A DNA stretch of 64,000 bases from Octopus bimaculoides. Lineage: Eukaryota. Under the pieces are notes generated by a model that saw only the letters and a list, made by a program, of their open reading frames with translations, made no database searches and had not been told where the DNA came from. Positions 62,113 to 64,000 of this stretch are shown one piece after another (position 1 is the stretch's first letter; each line of letters opens with the position of its first letter). The DNA lies in contig NC_069005.1 of assembly GCF_001194135.2 (NCBI RefSeq), positions 30,217,133 through 30,281,132 on the forward strand. The letters are read 5' to 3'. Both the position numbers and the translations under genes were made by a program.

Positions 62113-64000
62113 GTAAGTAGTTCTCTCTCCATATTAACCTTGCACCCCAAGAAAGTGCCCCACCCCCATCTGAGACGAGAAGGTGAAGCTTAACTGGATT
62201 TGGGTTAGATTTTTCTTTGTTGATGTTTTTGTTGTTATTGTCTATGTTAGTTTGCTGTTTTAAACTTGGATAAACCCCTCACCCAGCACTCCCTACACAA
62301 TAACTTCTACATAAATTTTTTAAATAATAATAATAATAATAATAATAATCATTTCTAATTTAGACACTAAGGCCAGCAATTTGAGGAGAAGGGGGTCCAT
62401 CGATATCAACCCCCCCCTCCACCACTTTTCCCTCTCAAGTACTTGATGGGACTTAATTTTATCAACCCCAGAAGGAATGAAAGGTAAAGTTTGACTCCAG
62501 CAGGATTTGAACTCAAAATGCAAAGAACTAGAAATATCATTTTTCATATAGGCCATCAACATGAGGCCAGAAAAATATTTCTGGTGGAGAGGTGAGAAGA
62601 AATACTTCAAATTAAACAAGACCTCTAAAACCCCTAATCCCTACTGAGCAGGGGAGGGTCTTGAGGATCCAGCTAAATTCCACTGATTCCTCTTATGCCA
62701 TTCACTACAAAACTGTGACCCTGTGCTGATACAAGAAATCACACCATTATTACTATTATTATTATTAATACTATTTTTATTAATATTATTATTATTATTA
62801 TTTAGATTTTTGATCCTTCTCTCTCAGATGTAATTCTTCTCTGTACCTGCTCACCTTTCCCCATTTCTCGTTAAATTTTCCCCAATTTCTCGTTAATCTC
62901 TTAAGTTTACATTTCCTTTTTTTTTTTTTTAGGATGTTTGTGTATGTATATGTACGCATGTTAATAATTACAATTTTTATTATTATTTATTAAAACTCAT
63001 ACTAATCCAAGTCACTTTTTTTTTTNNNNNNNNNNNNNNNNNNNNNNNNNNNNNNNNNNNNNNNNNNNNNNNNNNNNNNNNNNNNNNNNNNNNNNNNNNN
63101 NNNNNNNNNNNNNNNNNNNNNNNNNNNNNNNNNNNNNNNNNNNNNNNNNNNNNNNNNNNNNNNNNNNNNNNNNNNNNNNNNNNNNNNNNNNNNNNNNNNN
63201 NNNNNNNNNNNNNNNNNNNNNNNNNNNNNNNNNNNNNNNNNNNNNNNNNNNNNNNNNNNNNNNNNNNNNNNNNNNNNNNNNNNNNNNNNNNNNNNNNNNN
63301 NNNNNNNNNNNNNNNNNNNNNNNNNNNNNNNNNNNNNNNNNNNNNNNNNNNNNNNNNNNNNNNTTAAATTAAAATAAATAAAATTAAATAAATAAAAAAA
63401 TAAAAACTTGGTCTACATTAAAATTAAGTAGGGGCAAGGGGCTGGGTAGGGCTTTAATTTACAGCTAATTAATTAAATAAATAATTGATTATAAAAGAAA
63501 CACGAGGAGTGACAAGGAGTGAGAGGGTGGGTGTGGGGTTCTATAAAGTTAAGGACCTTGTGAAAAGGATTAAGATGGGATGAGGATTTCAGGGAGCCTT
63601 AACTAATGAGATGGATAAGAAGAAAAGGGGGTTTGGAGTGAATCAGCATCACCAAGCTGCCGTATATTTCTTCATACCAGGGGGGGTTGTAAGTACCACC
63701 CCCTCCACATACTCTTCAGTAATCCAACATACACACACACGTGTGCGTGTGTGTATATGTGGGTGTGTGCATGTGCAAAGGACCCTGTCTAATTGCTACC
63801 CCAAGAAGATATGCTTATTGGGGAAGAGAGAGAGAGAGGGCCCCTAAGTTAATAAGTTTAACCGAGGAAACAAATGAAGAGAATTTTTGGTCATCATGAT
63901 GGTGGTGGTGGTGGTGGTGGCGGTGATGCTGCTGCTGCTGCCGGCAATGCAGGGGGGAGTGGCAGGGAGGGGAGGGAGGGAGGAAAGATGCGTCCGTCCC

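Noticed and set aside
12039-63363. Long ORFs in the track containing X runs or YIYI/THTH/CVCV/LSLS repeats
   Set aside because: They arise from N-gaps and dinucleotide microsatellites, which lack stop codons; they are not genes.

Overview
Eukaryotic, AT-rich, microsatellite-dense genomic DNA from a gapped short-read assembly (13 N-runs). The repeat content points to an octopod cephalopod, probably Octopus; this is an inference. Two nuclear-encoded mitochondrial genes are solidly supported, both on the + strand. The first is an intronless EMRE/SMDT1 CDS (395-652, 85 aa), the essential regulator of the mitochondrial Ca2+ uniporter. The second is a complete 23-exon mitochondrial isoleucyl-tRNA synthetase IARS2 (24890-44379). 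I spliced it by hand: all introns are GT-AG, phases are consistent, and the 3018 nt give 1005 aa plus stop, with HVGH, the CP1 editing motifs, KMSKS and a C-terminal Zn finger. The rest is intron or intergenic sequence filled with RTE-LINE 3' ends carrying (GAT)n tails, tRNA-derived SINEs, decayed Tc1/mariner transposases, a CR1/L2-like fragment, a DINE-1-like Helentron derivative, many MITE-like inverted repeats, and mini- and microsatellites. Nearly all other ORFs in the supplied track are artefacts of microsatellites or N-gaps. I found no convincing wholly new biological system. The best leads are: long fold-back hairpins in IARS2 introns (candidate ADAR substrates); an IARS2 stop codon and 3' UTR apparently built from a 46-bp minisatellite; an out-of-frame upstream AUG at IARS2; a CpG-decay contrast between two copies of one element; modular SINE head/tail swapping; and two unannotated exon candidates (minus 21615-21632, plus 62002-62112).
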